Source of the DNA: Oopsacas minuta
Taxonomy: Eukaryota > Animalia > Porifera
NCBI GenBank assembly: GCA_024704765.1
Contig: JAKMXF010000055.1
Span: forward strand, 720,643-753,642
Direction of reading: 5' to 3'
DNA length: 33,000 bases
Position 1 is the stretch's first letter. Each line of letters begins with the position of its first letter. The position numbers were made by a program, and so were the translations under genes. Below the pieces are notes generated by a model. That model did not search any database. It was not told where the DNA came from and saw only the letters and a list, made by a program, of their open reading frames with translations. Of this stretch, positions 10,118 to 22,760 are shown piece after piece.

Positions 10118-11768
10118 TTCAATACATTTAAGCCCCTTATTCTCAGCTTTTCTATACCATGATGAAAAACCATATTGTCTTTGGTGTCCAGCAAGTCCTA
10201 AAACTCAATACTAATGCATCGTCACCATCAAAATCTTTCCGATTAGTGCTTGCTTGGCAATTGGAAATAGATAATAATCGCTGGGAGCTAATCAGTACTG
10301 TATGCTAGTAGTGAGCCTGTTTAAAGCCGCAATCTTGTATCGCCTTTATGTAGTATGACTTTTGTTGATGGGGCATTATCATGTAAAGGAGTGGGATTCT
10401 CTTAGGCATTCCTCGCCTATTCTTCTTTATTGATTCGCGTTATTTCGTCATTAAATCGGAATATTATGTTCCAGTCACTATCGCATTTGGGAAGGTATCT
10501 AGTAGTAATGGTCAATAGAATCCCAGAATATTGATAGCATCAGCTTTGACTTAGACTTTGGATAGTGACCAAGTCGGGGTACTTTGGGCTTTTGAGAATC
10601 TTCATGTCTCAAATCCGCAGCCTCGCTAACAGTGCAAGGATCATGGTTGTAAATCTAGGTTTCACCTCCTGTAGCACTGTACAACAAATTTTAATTTGGG
10701 AAAAAACGAGAACCTGATTAGTTTTATATAGTCTATTAGGATCTCCTGATTCCGAATATCATTACAGTTTTGTCCAATCACGCACCAATTTTATGGAATT
10801 CAAAATGCAAAATGAGAAATTACAACAATTTGCAAAAATCATATATCGAAATATCATCTATCCATGTAAAACTTGTGAAGATTATTGAACTACATAGTAT
10901 TGAGAACAAACGAATACCAGAAGGAGCTAGTATAAGCAAAAAATTGGTCATTTTACTAATGAAATCTAAATCCCACATACAAAAAATGAGAAAAAATCAC
11001 AAAATATCGTAAATACCATATACATAAAAAGATAGTCCAACACTGAGCTATTTCTTGTAATAAATGAGTACAACATAACCGCGAATTCACAAGTCCTCAC
11101 AAGTTTTACTTAACTAGTTAATATTTAAACAGAAATTATTTGGTAATATATGCCATTTCTCAATTGTGAGTTGAATTCTATAAAATTGGTGCGTGATTGA
11201 GCTAAACTGTATTCATATTCGGAATCAAGAGATCCTAATTGACTATAGAGACCTAATCAGGTTCTCATTTTATTTCCACAATGAAAATCCGTTATACAGT
11301 GTAACCAGTCTCGCATGAAACCGCCTGGATCAGACATATACAAATCAATAATGTTTTTGGTGATGTCCAGTCTAGCCTTCATTGATCTTTGGATCAGGTT
11401 TTTGGTATCCACTTTGCTTTGTATTTCCTGAGCCCAAGATGGCCATGAATGATCCAATGAATTGTTCCAATTGATAAATCTACCCTATTCACTATATTTC
11501 TGATTGACATACAGTGATCGTTCCCAATTATACCACTAATAGATTGGATTGTTTCTGGATGGAGAGAAAATGTGGGTCTTCCTGAACGAGGGTCATCTGT
11601 GATACTTTCTCTTCCGCGTTTGAATCCTGCATGCCATTCTACAACAATTGATTGGCTAGGGGCATTACCTTTGAGAACATCCTTTATCCCTTGACGTTTC
11701 TGTAGTGTTTAGTCAATATTACAGAGAAATCTCTTGACTGCTCGATGCTTTAAGTTCTCAAAATTCAT
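10109..11768 (-). pseudogene. mariner (Mos1/SETMAR-like) transposase relic interrupted by a MITE
   Basis: ATG at 11768 gives MNFENLKHRAVKRFL; then WHAGFKRGRESITDDPRSGRP, HLGLRKYKAKWIPK, RLVT|GGET* (split by the insertion), KLMLSIFWD, LHDNAP, YSTD..PSDYYLFP and KCIELKG. The last two catalytic Asp are 101 nt apart, near the 105 expected for D34D. Confidence 0.85.
10675..11301. mobile_element. Chapaev3-type non-autonomous element (627 bp)
   Basis: Both ends start CACTGTA(C/T)AAC, with ~147-bp imperfect TIRs sharing GAGAACCTGATTAG, ATTAGGATCTC.TGATTCCGAATAT and CAATCACGCACCAATTTTAT. Flanks are TAG and TAA. Removing the element plus 3 bp restores the mariner frame LVT-G.ET. Confidence 0.85.
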
Positions 11769-12909
11769 AATTTTTCAAACAACTGACGGAAAGATCTGAC
11801 TATTGTTCTGAATATCGTGGCTGAACTATTTCCTATCAAAATTTATGTCATAAGTTATATGAAAATGAAATGGGCTGTCAGTCTTTATAATTCATATAGC
11901 ATCTAATATGTTTGAATATTTATTCTACTCTAGGTATTAAAAGGTTCGCAATTCTGTACTCCAAATTTCATATGAACCATTAATTACTCTAATGACACTG
12001 ACATATTTGAGCTTTGCTTCAACTTTGTCTTGGAAATTGGGAAAATATCTTTCGGATGGGAGACATACATATAAAACATTTACATCGGTAGTTGCGCATG
12101 CGACAACATAGCTAACTAACAATATCCTTTAGAGCTGTTTTTGATATTTTGAGGAAGAATAATGAAATGGGAACAAGGGTCTAGTTTCTGAAAGGCTAAT
12201 GCAAACCACTTGATAGAGAAAATAGGAAGAGAAATCACGACTCTAAAATATATTCCGTGGTACCTACAAAGCCTTATAAAAGAGGCCAATATGTGAAAAT
12301 GCATTCCAAATATAGGAGTGAGATATCATTACAGCATATACACTTGTGTTACTTAGCAGAACAGAATAAAGACAAAATGCTCAGCGAAATAAAAGAATCA
12401 ATTAATCGATGCACAACATCACAGTTACTTTCTTGAACGGGCATGTGTTCTAAATAGGATATGACAGGGACTGGATCCTTGATTGTCCATAATCATCCCA
12501 ATATCAGGTAAATAAGAGTTGAAAATGTAAACAAAGAAGTGCCTAGTGTGGTGAATTTAGAAAAATATCATTAGGGCAAAAAGAATTATGTCGAAAATTA
12601 TTTCGAAATATTTGAACAAAAGTTCTTTGGTTAAAAATATATTTCGGTGGAACAAAATTCGATAGAAATCTAGTTAGTTAGAATAATATCCATTCATTAG
12701 AACCGGTATTCGTTATATACTTTCAACATTATGTACTCAAGAAACTACACTCAATTCATTGTTTAACTTATATCATAGGGGTGAATTCTATTTGCATCAT
12801 AATAACATATTTATCAAATATCACACTCTCAACTACTTCAAATCTCTATAAAAGATTGCGATGAAGTTGTGAAATGCTTAGTCATCAAAAGAACGAATAA
12901 TTGTATTTA

Positions 12910-13091
12910 CAGTAGAACGCGGTTAATGTTTACTCAGGTCATGACGTAGGCCAAGTGAGTACGTACTTTTCTCCAAAATGTTTGACCAATCCTTCAGGTA
13001 TTGCATGGGAAGAATATTCGGATAAGTCGTACTTGGGTCAAGATGTAATAATTTCGTTCTCAAAGGAGCACGTCTTATCTGAGTTCTATTA
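12910..13091. mobile_element. Degenerate pogo/Tigger-type MITE
   Basis: Left end TA-CAGTAGAACGCGG; decayed right end CTTATCTGAGTTCTATT; internal CGGATAAGTCGTAC motif. Confidence 0.45.
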
Positions 13092-13930
13092 AACGGAGAG
13101 CTGAATAGTATTCGTTCGTTACAATTTCAAAAATTCGTTTCAGCCCTAAAATAACATACCGAATATCAAAAATAAGTTAGTAAAAGAGAAAAAATTGTAT
13201 CACATGCGTTCTCATTTAAAAATAGAAGAATAAATTTATGCAAATAAAATTGGAAGAGAAAATATTCAATTGTGAATTTGTATATAAACGAAAAAAATAT
13301 AAATATTTAACAAACCTGGTAACCTAAATATGCAGTTTTTAAAAGCTGAAGAAGATGCATACAGTTTGGAATGTGAGAAAACTTTCCTAATAGAGGTCTC
13401 TTCTTTTCAGTGATGACTGAATTTCTACTTCCTTGAGCGATATTTTGTTTTTTCTTTGTAGTGACAGATTTGGTTTCCTCTATGATCGACTCCTCTTTGG
13501 CAATTCCAAAGGACTTGAATCTCTTTCTTATTATATCAATACTTTTTCGGGAAATAACTACATGAAAAATCCGCAACATTCTAAAAGGTTTGAATTCATT
13601 TAAAAAATTAGTCAAAATAATATCTCAGCCGGAATTGAATATATTTTTGCTTCGAGTAGCCGAGGATTAAAACGATGAGTATAATCTATCATAAGTATAT
13701 TTCAATATTATGTTCTTGTATCATTTTGTGCGCTTAATACTGTAAGTGACAGATAGTTAGTCACAGCAATAAGCAATCACACAAATGATAAAAAGAACGA
13801 AAGTTGTACATGTGATGATAAGGCTGCCAAAATCTGTAATATAGTAATATGTATTTGTCCTTTTGGAAACAATTGTGGTTATTTTTTAACATTTCACAAA
13901 ATTTTCACAACATGTATAATATTCTGACCT

Positions 13931-13954
13931 GTTCGGATTAGCGAAGGTCCACTG
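13931..13954. mobile_element. Solo pogo/Tigger-type terminal repeat
   Basis: GTTCGGATTAGCGAAGGTCCACTG followed by TA. A similar solo end, GTTCAGATAATTGAGGGTATACTG-TA, lies at about 25787-25810. No partner end found. Confidence 0.35.
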
Positions 13955-14654
13955 TAATGAATTACTTGGATCAGCATTGACCTTATAAAACAGGCAGCAA
14001 GGAAGTTAAATACATCAGTGTTGCAAACCCTATCTACAATCAATAAACAAACCAGACGAACAGATAACACATATACACCAAATGTTAAACCATGAAGCAT
14101 GCATGATACCAGCTATTAAATCACCAATGAAACCTTCAATTATTCATAAAAATTATTATTATAAAAACTGAATGGGTAATTACTTTTGTCTAAATCACAG
14201 TAACCAATTCGCCATTCTCCGGCATTTGGACCAAATCTCTCTACCACCATAAAATAAATGGAAATGTTGTTTAGGAAAAATTGACTTTTCAAAGATAAAA
14301 TTACTGTTTTTGGCAAGAGAGAAAAGAAATTTTTATCAAATGTCCAAGGTATTGGGCGCTGAGCTTGGCTAATATATTGTTCCTTAGAAATTTGTTTTAA
14401 TTACCATTTTAAGTTATCATTATTCAAATTTGTAAACCATTTTGGTCAGAATTCCCTCATAGTTTACTGAATTGTTGAATTCATATCCAAAATTGAAATT
14501 TAATGGCATCCTGTCGAAATTATCGAATGTAACTAAGAGGAGAAACCTTTCATAAATCTACAATATTCAGCACTCAAATTGATATCAAATGTTATTCCGT
14601 AATCATAGGATACTACCATTTAGGGAAATATTCTAACAGTGATAAGAGATTTTA

Positions 14655-15240
14655 CAGGGTGTCCAGAAATTAATGTCACCTTACATTATGTTAAGAATAA
14701 GAAAATACCAGTGTACTATTGAATTCATTTATTTCCCAATATAACCACCCTCCAATTCTAAAAATTTCCTAATTCTATTGGGCATCCCTGCAACTAGATT
14801 CTCGAGACAAGATGGATCAATGTTGGACCAGGCCATTTTAAGAGATTTCTTAAGGTTTTCTAGGTTATTTGATTGAGGAACTCGTCAAGTCTCTGTTTGA
14901 GAATTGACCAAAGATTCTCAATTGGATTCAGGCCTGGAGAGGCACCTGACCACTTCTCTTTAGCCCAGAAATTTAGTAAGTGGTTTCTACACCAATCTTG
15001 AGTAATGTTGGCTCTGTTGGGTGGAGCACCATCTTACATCAATGTGGCCTTCAACGGGTCTGCTATCATTCTCTTTCCGAGTATTGTCCCTGTTTTTCGT
15101 CTGCGGTTTAGTGCATCTTTACAGGTTTTGGGCAGTATTTCAGACACATAATAAGAAGCATTCACAGTTCGTTTGGGTGGCACAAAGAGTAATTCTGATA
15201 GTGCCTGATGGCTTATCATGCCCCACACCATGATTTTCTC
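14655..15240 (-). mobile_element. 3' half of a Tc1-like DD37E transposon
   Basis: KIMVWGMIS...TLM*DGAPPNRANITQDWCRNHLLNFWAKEKWSGASPGLNPIENLWSILKQ...LENLVAGMPNRIRKFLELEGGYIGK* (stop at 14729-14731). I count 37 residues between D and E. Terminus TA-CAGGGTGTCCAG at 14655. The 5' part is lost near 15240. Confidence 0.85.
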
Positions 15241-17450
15241 CGAACACGCGAGCGCACATTCGATATTTGTACTTCATACCAGGAATACTTATTTATCCGA
15301 ACAATATCACCCTCAAAAACCATTATAGGAACCTGATTTGTGAAAATTTTGAATACTTTATCGAGAAATTCGAATTAACCGTATTGGTACGAAAGAGGAT
15401 CTATTGTATTAGTTGTTTTGTGAATTTTCAATTTTCATAGTCCTCGAATGATTGAAGAGAATATAAGATATACAGTATATCCCTGGATAGGCGCTGGGGC
15501 GCTTATTCTTTTAGTGGCATTTTCTCGACTAAATCATTTTACAATTTTTGAAAATTGAAATGATATTCGGAAACAAATTCTCAAATTTAGTTTCAGCATA
15601 AAGTGAAGCATAAATAAAATCAAATAGGTTTCTCGTAAAGGGTGGTGATAATTATTTACAAGTCTCAGGAGCTTTATCTTGCAGCCGCAGCATCTTCAGG
15701 GTGTGATCAGTATTAAGAGGAACTAAAACAATATTCAGTATGATAGTGTAGTTGATATTAATATAAACTATTACCCTAGATAAGCATTTAAGAAATGTCT
15801 GTAGGCAGAAATATTGTATACTTGAGCAACCCAGGTGGTTACTTAATTATCTACTAAAGTTAGGTACGAACTTGAGTTCTTAGATAATACGGCCATGTAA
15901 AGTAATATTTACTATGTAAATTTACATCGTAGAGACAAAATCTACAAATCTTTCAATAAGATATTTTCTTGCCAGGCTATGTTGAAGGAACAGATAATGA
16001 GCTAATTACCTATTCAATGATAATTGCACTAAAATAAAATGAGATGGATAAATTCTGAAAACATATTTGAAGGTCCATAGGTCTGTATTCTCTAAGTATA
16101 AAGATATATATTGTTAAGGCCAAAGCGTTGGAAAATGTTAGCATTTAAAAATTGTGACACAAGTGTAGAAGTAGCACATCTATGATTTATTAGCTCAGAA
16201 TGAGATGTTGTATTTATATCAATTGAAATTCCATTAACTGACTTGTAAAGATTGTTTAGTTGTAAATATAGTCATTTTTTCAAATCTTTGTAGAGAAACA
16301 AAGTAATACAACACAATTGATATGTGGGAGGAAATCACAAATATTAAAATGCTATTAAGTCAACAACATTTGTTCTAAACGATATTAATATCCACACTGG
16401 GGTAATTAAGACACCTGAATTTCAGATATGATGTTAGATTTTTCAAACGCATTCGATATAAATGTAATTTTAAGTAATTAATATATTAGCAAACTATCTA
16501 TATAATGAACAAATATTGGTAAGAGAATAACTAATTTGAACAGTTTTCATAAATTTATTCAATAAAATGTTAACAAACATAGTTCAATAGGTCTTTGAGG
16601 AATTTTCTAGATTTATAGAATAATGGGGAGGAAATAGAGCATTTTTCACATCTATATATCGCAACAATTTTATCTTTTAAATCCCTCATATTTTACAAAA
16701 TATGAATCCACATTTGTGAAGTGCTAGACATTAATCTACTTGAGTTATTCAATTCTTAATGAAAAGCAAATAACTTCTGTTTGAGAAAACAACTATATAT
16801 ATGAAAATCACAAAACTTAATTTTGTATAATTATGGTTAGTTATTATAAATTTACATCAACATTTCGTTATACATTCATTCGATGAATGTAACAAACAAT
16901 GAAACACTTTCAATTGTCTTATAGATATGAAATTTCTACAAATAATCTTCAGAATTTTAGCGCAGTTGGGAACTAAATATTATGGCAAATTTACAATTAC
17001 TTCGGGCAGTTCATTTAAACTGGTAGTGAATTATGCTGAAATACCCGAACTTTGGGTTATTCTACAGGAAATGGATCTTGTCTCCAAGTTTAACTCTCAG
17101 TAACAAAGTTCAATATTCACAACCATTATATGAAGTGTACTTATTAAGCAGAAAAGAATAAATTCAACAAATGCTTCATTCAGGACTAGATTAATCTTTG
17201 AGGCAATCAACTAGAACATTTTCAAAGGAAATATAAAAATATAAAAGATAATAGAAAACTCAATTCTATAACAATAATGATATACATTCTACGAGTTAGG
17301 ATCATAATGTAAAATATGTGGTTCGTTGAAGATTTTGTGAGGTATATATTTATGGATCGCTTATGAAAGAAAAACTCAAAACAAAATTGCTAATTTATTA
17401 ATACAAGAATGAAACCAAAGATGATCACATAGCACTTTCACATTACACTA

Positions 17451-17571
17451 TAGGGTCTTATCTGGATGATTTGAGGGGAAGAAATGCCCCCCATAAACTA
17501 TTGTCATGCAATGCACTTTAGCTCCAATCTATGCATCCCTCTAATTCACGAAACATTGATTAGCCACCCTG
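17451..17571. mobile_element. Possible decayed hAT-type MITE
   Basis: Right end TAGCCACCCTG; weak left end TAGGGTCTTA; G/C runs inside. No TSD. Confidence 0.3.
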
Positions 17572-18657
17572 AAATATTCTCCCATAAACTCCTTGCACCA
17601 GCATAAACAAATACAAATTTCACGATTTTTAAGTGAACCCAAAATATATGTCGCTATTCGTGATCAGTGTGAAATTTCCTCCCTTCTTTGGTAACTTGAC
17701 CATTTTTAACATATTTTCCTAGCAACTCAAGAATACGTCAGGAAAGTGAAAACATTCCATTCTCAATTTTAACCAATACATATCGAGTGAACCCTTGTCC
17801 GACGGTGCTGGGCGAGCTGAGCCTAGTTTTAAACATATCATCATCGATAATGTTGTTTAAATAAAAATATAAAATAGAGAGCTGCTCTTAACGGCTATAC
17901 ATGAGAATAAGTATGCTGCTTCAGAATATCGCATCATAAGTTTTATCATGGAAATTTATTTTTCTTTTCAAGAATATAAAGTAAACAAATTGTTGAAATA
18001 TTATTAGAATTGTGCAATATTATCCTTGCTAAATTCGAGGTTCGAAGTTTCAAGTCACATGCAAATAGTGATCGCAAGCTGCGCAGCGTGAGCAAACCAA
18101 ACAGTTCGTGGCATAAAAGATTACGAATAACCTGATTGACAACTTTAGGAATCTAGCCACGTATTTTATATGCGTAGTATTCCAATTAGTCCTGAAATTT
18201 CGATATAATAAAGTAATTCAAAAAACAATATGCACAACACTGTTTACATATACTATTGATAAATGCTATATTTGATGGCGCCACCCCAATGTGTTAACTG
18301 TTATATTCTGGTGGTCAAATCATTTGATTAACCAAGGTATTCGGTTGTACTACCCAAATAGTCAATTCAAAAACATTTGTCAGTTGGAGCATTATTTGGA
18401 TAATTTGGCACAATTCTGAAGAAGGATTTTAAACCTTAATTCAAAGTAAGTATATGAAAATTTAATTATTATTCACTAAACATAACGAAAACGACTAATG
18501 TGGTAAAAATATATATATGTAGTTGAATATTCATCAGTTCTAGCAAAGTCTGTTTCCTTTCAAGGTGTTATAATTATATATTTTGGTAGGATTATTATCA
18601 ATTACTATTCACAAGAAGAAAGTAATGATTTTTGGAATATATGTCATTTGTGACACA

Positions 18658-18746
18658 CGACGTGGTCTAGTGTCTTGTTAGTCAGTGGTTAAGCAATTCA
18701 ATATGACATGACTATAACAACGTGGTGATCCTAGTACGGCGTGGCC
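18658..18746 (+). repeat. Possible tRNA-derived SINE relic
   Basis: A-box-like CGTGGTCTAGTG and CAGTGGTTAAG, followed by a weak B-box-like GGTGATCCT. No cloverleaf can be built. Confidence 0.3.
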
Positions 18747-19939
18747 ATACAAGATATACTTATAATATTAATATAATGATGATTAAAACAACAGATAGTA
18801 TATATATATATGCCTCAATAAGTAAATGTAATTTCACCTCATAATAAGTTGGAAAATACTAGGACCAATAATCTTCTGTTCTTTATCGAGAAAATGTATA
18901 CTTTGAATATCAGAATTGAGTTTTTGGTCATTTGCTTTCTGGGCAAGCAAATAGCTACCTTTAAATAATGAAGTAACAAGAAAGAGAATATTCGAAAGTG
19001 TCAAACAATTAAGCATAACAAGAGTTGAATAGATTCGATGAAATAAATACGGTAAAAGACCAAGTGGAGAAAATGTGGAAGGTTTCTTATCAAATTCATA
19101 GATGTCCTAAAAATGAATTTGGTACAAGATTAAATAATAATCATAAGTAGCATTTTGGATTAAATGCTAACAGGTAAAAAGCTACAGGATTTCTTTAAGG
19201 GGAATTACTAGTAAAACAATCCAAAGATTTTACAAACCATCATTGAATCTTTGCACACTGCAAGTCGGTTAATAGTATATACTACCCTGAAAGTAACAAC
19301 AGTTTGCATTTGACAGTTTTCTAGCAAATCTATTTGATTTTCCCAAATGTTCAAAGAAATTCCAAAAGCGGACATCTTTGAAATTTGGCCAGTCAAACAA
19401 AGTTTGAATATCTTTGGTTTAAAAGTGTGAATATAATGCAACAGGGGCATTGGCAACACAAGAAGTGAGGTAGGGCAAAGGTGGCACATCGGCCTTTAAG
19501 TTCCGCCACATTTTACCACTATGATTCAGGTGTATACATAGTAATGACCTCTATACCAGTTTAACTAAGGCTTTATCCTTTTATACATAATATAACGGAC
19601 TGTCATATTCGATGAACTTCGTAAATTCAATGACCTTTCAAAACCTGAGTGCTACCAGAACGACCGTGATTTCCATAATCTCGAATAATGCAAAGAAGTA
19701 TTCTAAATAAGGGATTAGAAAAGTATAAAATTTGAATGGAGTATCCATTTGAAAACCACTGTGTCTCATTCATACCATCCTATGTGGCATTTTGATGTAT
19801 GTAGTGATATCAGGATCTAATACACATGTATCTACCACAATACCCTGGGAGCAGCAAAAGAATTCCGTTTTGATTTCTCCATACTTATAGAAAACAGTGA
19901 TACTTGTTCAGAATAATAGCTTTCTGAAGGGGTATGTAC

Positions 19940-20266
19940 CAGTGGCGTACTACTCAAGCGGAAGCGGGGGGGGGCGACATTAAAATCATTAAAAGAGGAG
20001 CAAGATTGTAACACAAAACTGGAAGTACGAATCTTATTCTCAGTTGAAGATAAAAGTAGTAAAATAGTATAGGAGATTTCATAATGGAATTCACTAAGAA
20101 TAATGTTACATTTTATCGTTTGTGTATCAAGTGAGATTGCAAAGTAGAAATATAAAACATTGAAAATAATGGGCCAAGTAGAGGAGCCTAACTGGCCAAA
20201 GAAGGGGCCCTCGGCTTCCCTGGCTAGTCACTTACGGCCCGATATTAACAGAGAAATACGCCACTC
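19940..20266. mobile_element. hAT-type MITE
   Basis: Left end CAGTGGCGTA followed by a G run; right end TACGCCACT(C); GC-rich subterminal blocks such as GGGCCC and GGCCC. The 8-bp TSD is not preserved. Confidence 0.55.
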
Positions 20267-20399
20267 CACGGGCTCTTTATAGGTTCGAACTTGATCTTCA
20301 ATTACATGAGTCCTATCTGCATCTATACTGTCAAGAAAAACACATGGAAGAGGCGCATCTGGGCAAATAACATATTATTGAGATCTAGATTACTCTTTC

Positions 20400-21430
20400 G
20401 CAAGCCCGATTGAAGATCTAAGTTAAGAGAGCAAACGAAAGTAAGCTCCCACTGAAAGTCCTTTCAAGTTTGTTTGCTTTATCGAGTGTTTGGTGTTCTA
20501 ATCATAGCAAAATTGAAAGCATTGCACATTCTTTAATAGTCCTTCAATCATAAGTTTACTACTAGTGTGTATCGATAGGAAGTAGTAAGACGCTTGTAAT
20601 CGCAGAGTATTAAGCATATCAACGGGTATCACTTTTAGACTAGAGGCGAATTTTCTGGTCCGATGGTTTCTTCAAGATTACGTAGATATAAAGGGTGCTT
20701 GTTGCTCCTCAATTATAATTGAAATGAGTTGAACCGTATTGGGACACTCTTTTATTGATGCAACTGTAGAACAGACACTGACAATAACCAGCTTTAACCA
20801 GTGCGCGAAACAATGAACCAATAAGGCTTTAGGTTTCATCTGCTATATAAGTAAACATTCTTGGACTCCGTGATGCTGACCCTTCATATTGATCGAAAAA
20901 TCAACAGATATACCAAACATTCCTTCATTATCGAATCTCCTAGCTCTCAGAACCTGTTCGTCTATGAGATTCGATAGGCTTTGACAAGCAAGAACGTCAG
21001 CAGGATTGAATCCCAGAAATTAATGAAGATTACCGATAAGAACAAATGGAACCCGGACATAAACCTGGTCCACATGGAAAATCACGGGTCTCATCGGCTA
21101 GTAAGTAATAACGCCAAGATTTCTGTAGTTCTTCAAAGATTTCTCTAATGATGAGATCTGAAGATGCAGTAGCAGTTGATTCTGAGCATAGGACTAAGGC
21201 ATCGCTGATTTGTATTCCCACAAAATAGAAGTTCGGCAATTGGCGCATTGTGATTGGATACGAGTTCTGCACATACAATGATATTTCCTCTGTTAGATCT
21301 ATCTTTATCTTTTTGGTGACGGGGAATCCAGACTGTTGCGTGTTGAATCACCGAATCGTCTTGTTTCTCTTCTGCTCTAATGAAGGGAAAGAGACTTGTC
21401 GTGCTTTTCGCTATGCAACATATCTTCATA
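20400..21430 (-). pseudogene. hAT transposase relic (ZMYM1/DUF4371-like)
   Basis: SNRGN (~21283-21298), LSPML/QNQLL, EELQKSWRYYLLADETRD (21081-21098), FLGF, NMKGQHHGVQ and PKALLVHCFAH (CxxH, 20801-20815), in the expected order. Many frameshifts and stops. Confidence 0.8.
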
Positions 21431-21567
21431 CCTACAAATCTGAGCTGCTAGAACTGGCATTAGCTAGACATACAAGAAGATATGTATCAGAAAAAATGAA
21501 AATAAGAGGAGTAATAACAAGTATTCAGTTTTAATGTGAAAAAAATAAAATTTAAAAAATCAACTAC

Positions 21568-21720
21568 CAATTCCCGCTATATCGAAGCTCAAGGAACTGC
21601 AATAATTAATATTAGATAAAAGTGGAGTAAGAAGTAAATAATGAAATTTATGTTACTTTGATGGTTTAAGCAATATGTAATATTTTAGACTTAGCTAGTA
21701 TATCATGGGAGTTTTGACTG
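21568..21720. mobile_element. pogo/Tigger-type MITE related to 470-651
   Basis: The decayed left end CAATTCCCGCTATATCGAAG shares CGCTATATCGAAG with 512-524. The right end is TATATCATGGGAGTTTTGACTG-TA. Confidence 0.5.
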
Positions 21721-22760
21721 TACATACTTTGAAAAGCGGAAATATATAAATAAAAATTCAGTGAACTGGGTCCAAATTTATAGGCAAAGATACCAAAGTG
21801 ACTGAGGCGATTGTGGCTCAGAACAGTTCGCAACTGAATTTGAATAGTCCATATTCTGTATATTTTAAGTATAATCCTGAAGCATAACTAGTAAACATGG
21901 GGACGAAGTAGATTCTATTGGGTACGAAGATATCCCTATCCGTACGAGTCTTTTTTCAGGATATAAAGAATATATATAGAAAATAGACTCTAAAAGTTTA
22001 CAATATTTCTTAACATCTTAGCAAAAATATTTTGATATATTACCCAGATCTGCAGCATATGGTAAATGAATTAATTTGTAGCTACGAAATATACACAAAT
22101 AGGTGATTAGATTGTATATTGACGATAAACATGTAAGCAATATCAATAAAATTGAAGGGGGTTGTGTAGTAAATCGAATGAAAATATCCTTTCTAAGTTT
22201 GATAAGTGAACAAATACGTTAAGATAAGCGAACAGTGCCATAACCAATGGTTTTCAGGTAAAGTTCATGGAGGAATTTTTGTGTGGCCCATATTTGTAAG
22301 GAAAAACCCTACTATATAGTCATTATATATCAAACTACTGGAAATTTAAACTGAGAACGAATATAACATATAATAGTTGATCTAAAAGCTATTCAATTAG
22401 CTACCCTACATTTACAACTCCAGTGATTGCTATTGGAACCAACTTTAGGCCCTGTAACATTCCAGTTAAGCGGTTCTGATAGTGTTGGGCTTATATTGAC
22501 TCAGTTCATATAGCTAGTGGATGAAAACAACGCATTAAATTATTTGTTGGAATGTATTAGGGGTTAGCCCTTTATTTGTGTATTTTGACATAACCAAAAA
22601 AGCTACTCTTTGGGAAGGATAATAGGTGACGAGAGGCCTAGATACTTTAGTGGGGTAATATTCTCGAGGCAGGGCATCACTAACTAGCGATTCCCGTTTT
22701 TCGCTCTGGAATTCAAAAATAGGGACAATCGGGACATTCACAGCGTGACTTATACATATA

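Noticed and set aside
11257-11457. ORF resembling the SMARCD/BAF60 C-terminus (QEIQS...SDPGGFMRDW)
   Set aside because: It is a frameshifted part of the mariner transposase between WIPK and LVTGDET.
13307-13615. 102-aa Lys-rich minus-strand ORF
   Set aside because: No recognisable domain or splice structure.
17795-17827. Helitron-like 3' end (GC-rich stretch then CTAG-T)
   Set aside because: The hairpin is poor and no 5' TC end or second copy was found.
21250-21534. Plus-strand 94-aa ORF
   Set aside because: Antisense shadow of the hAT transposase relic.
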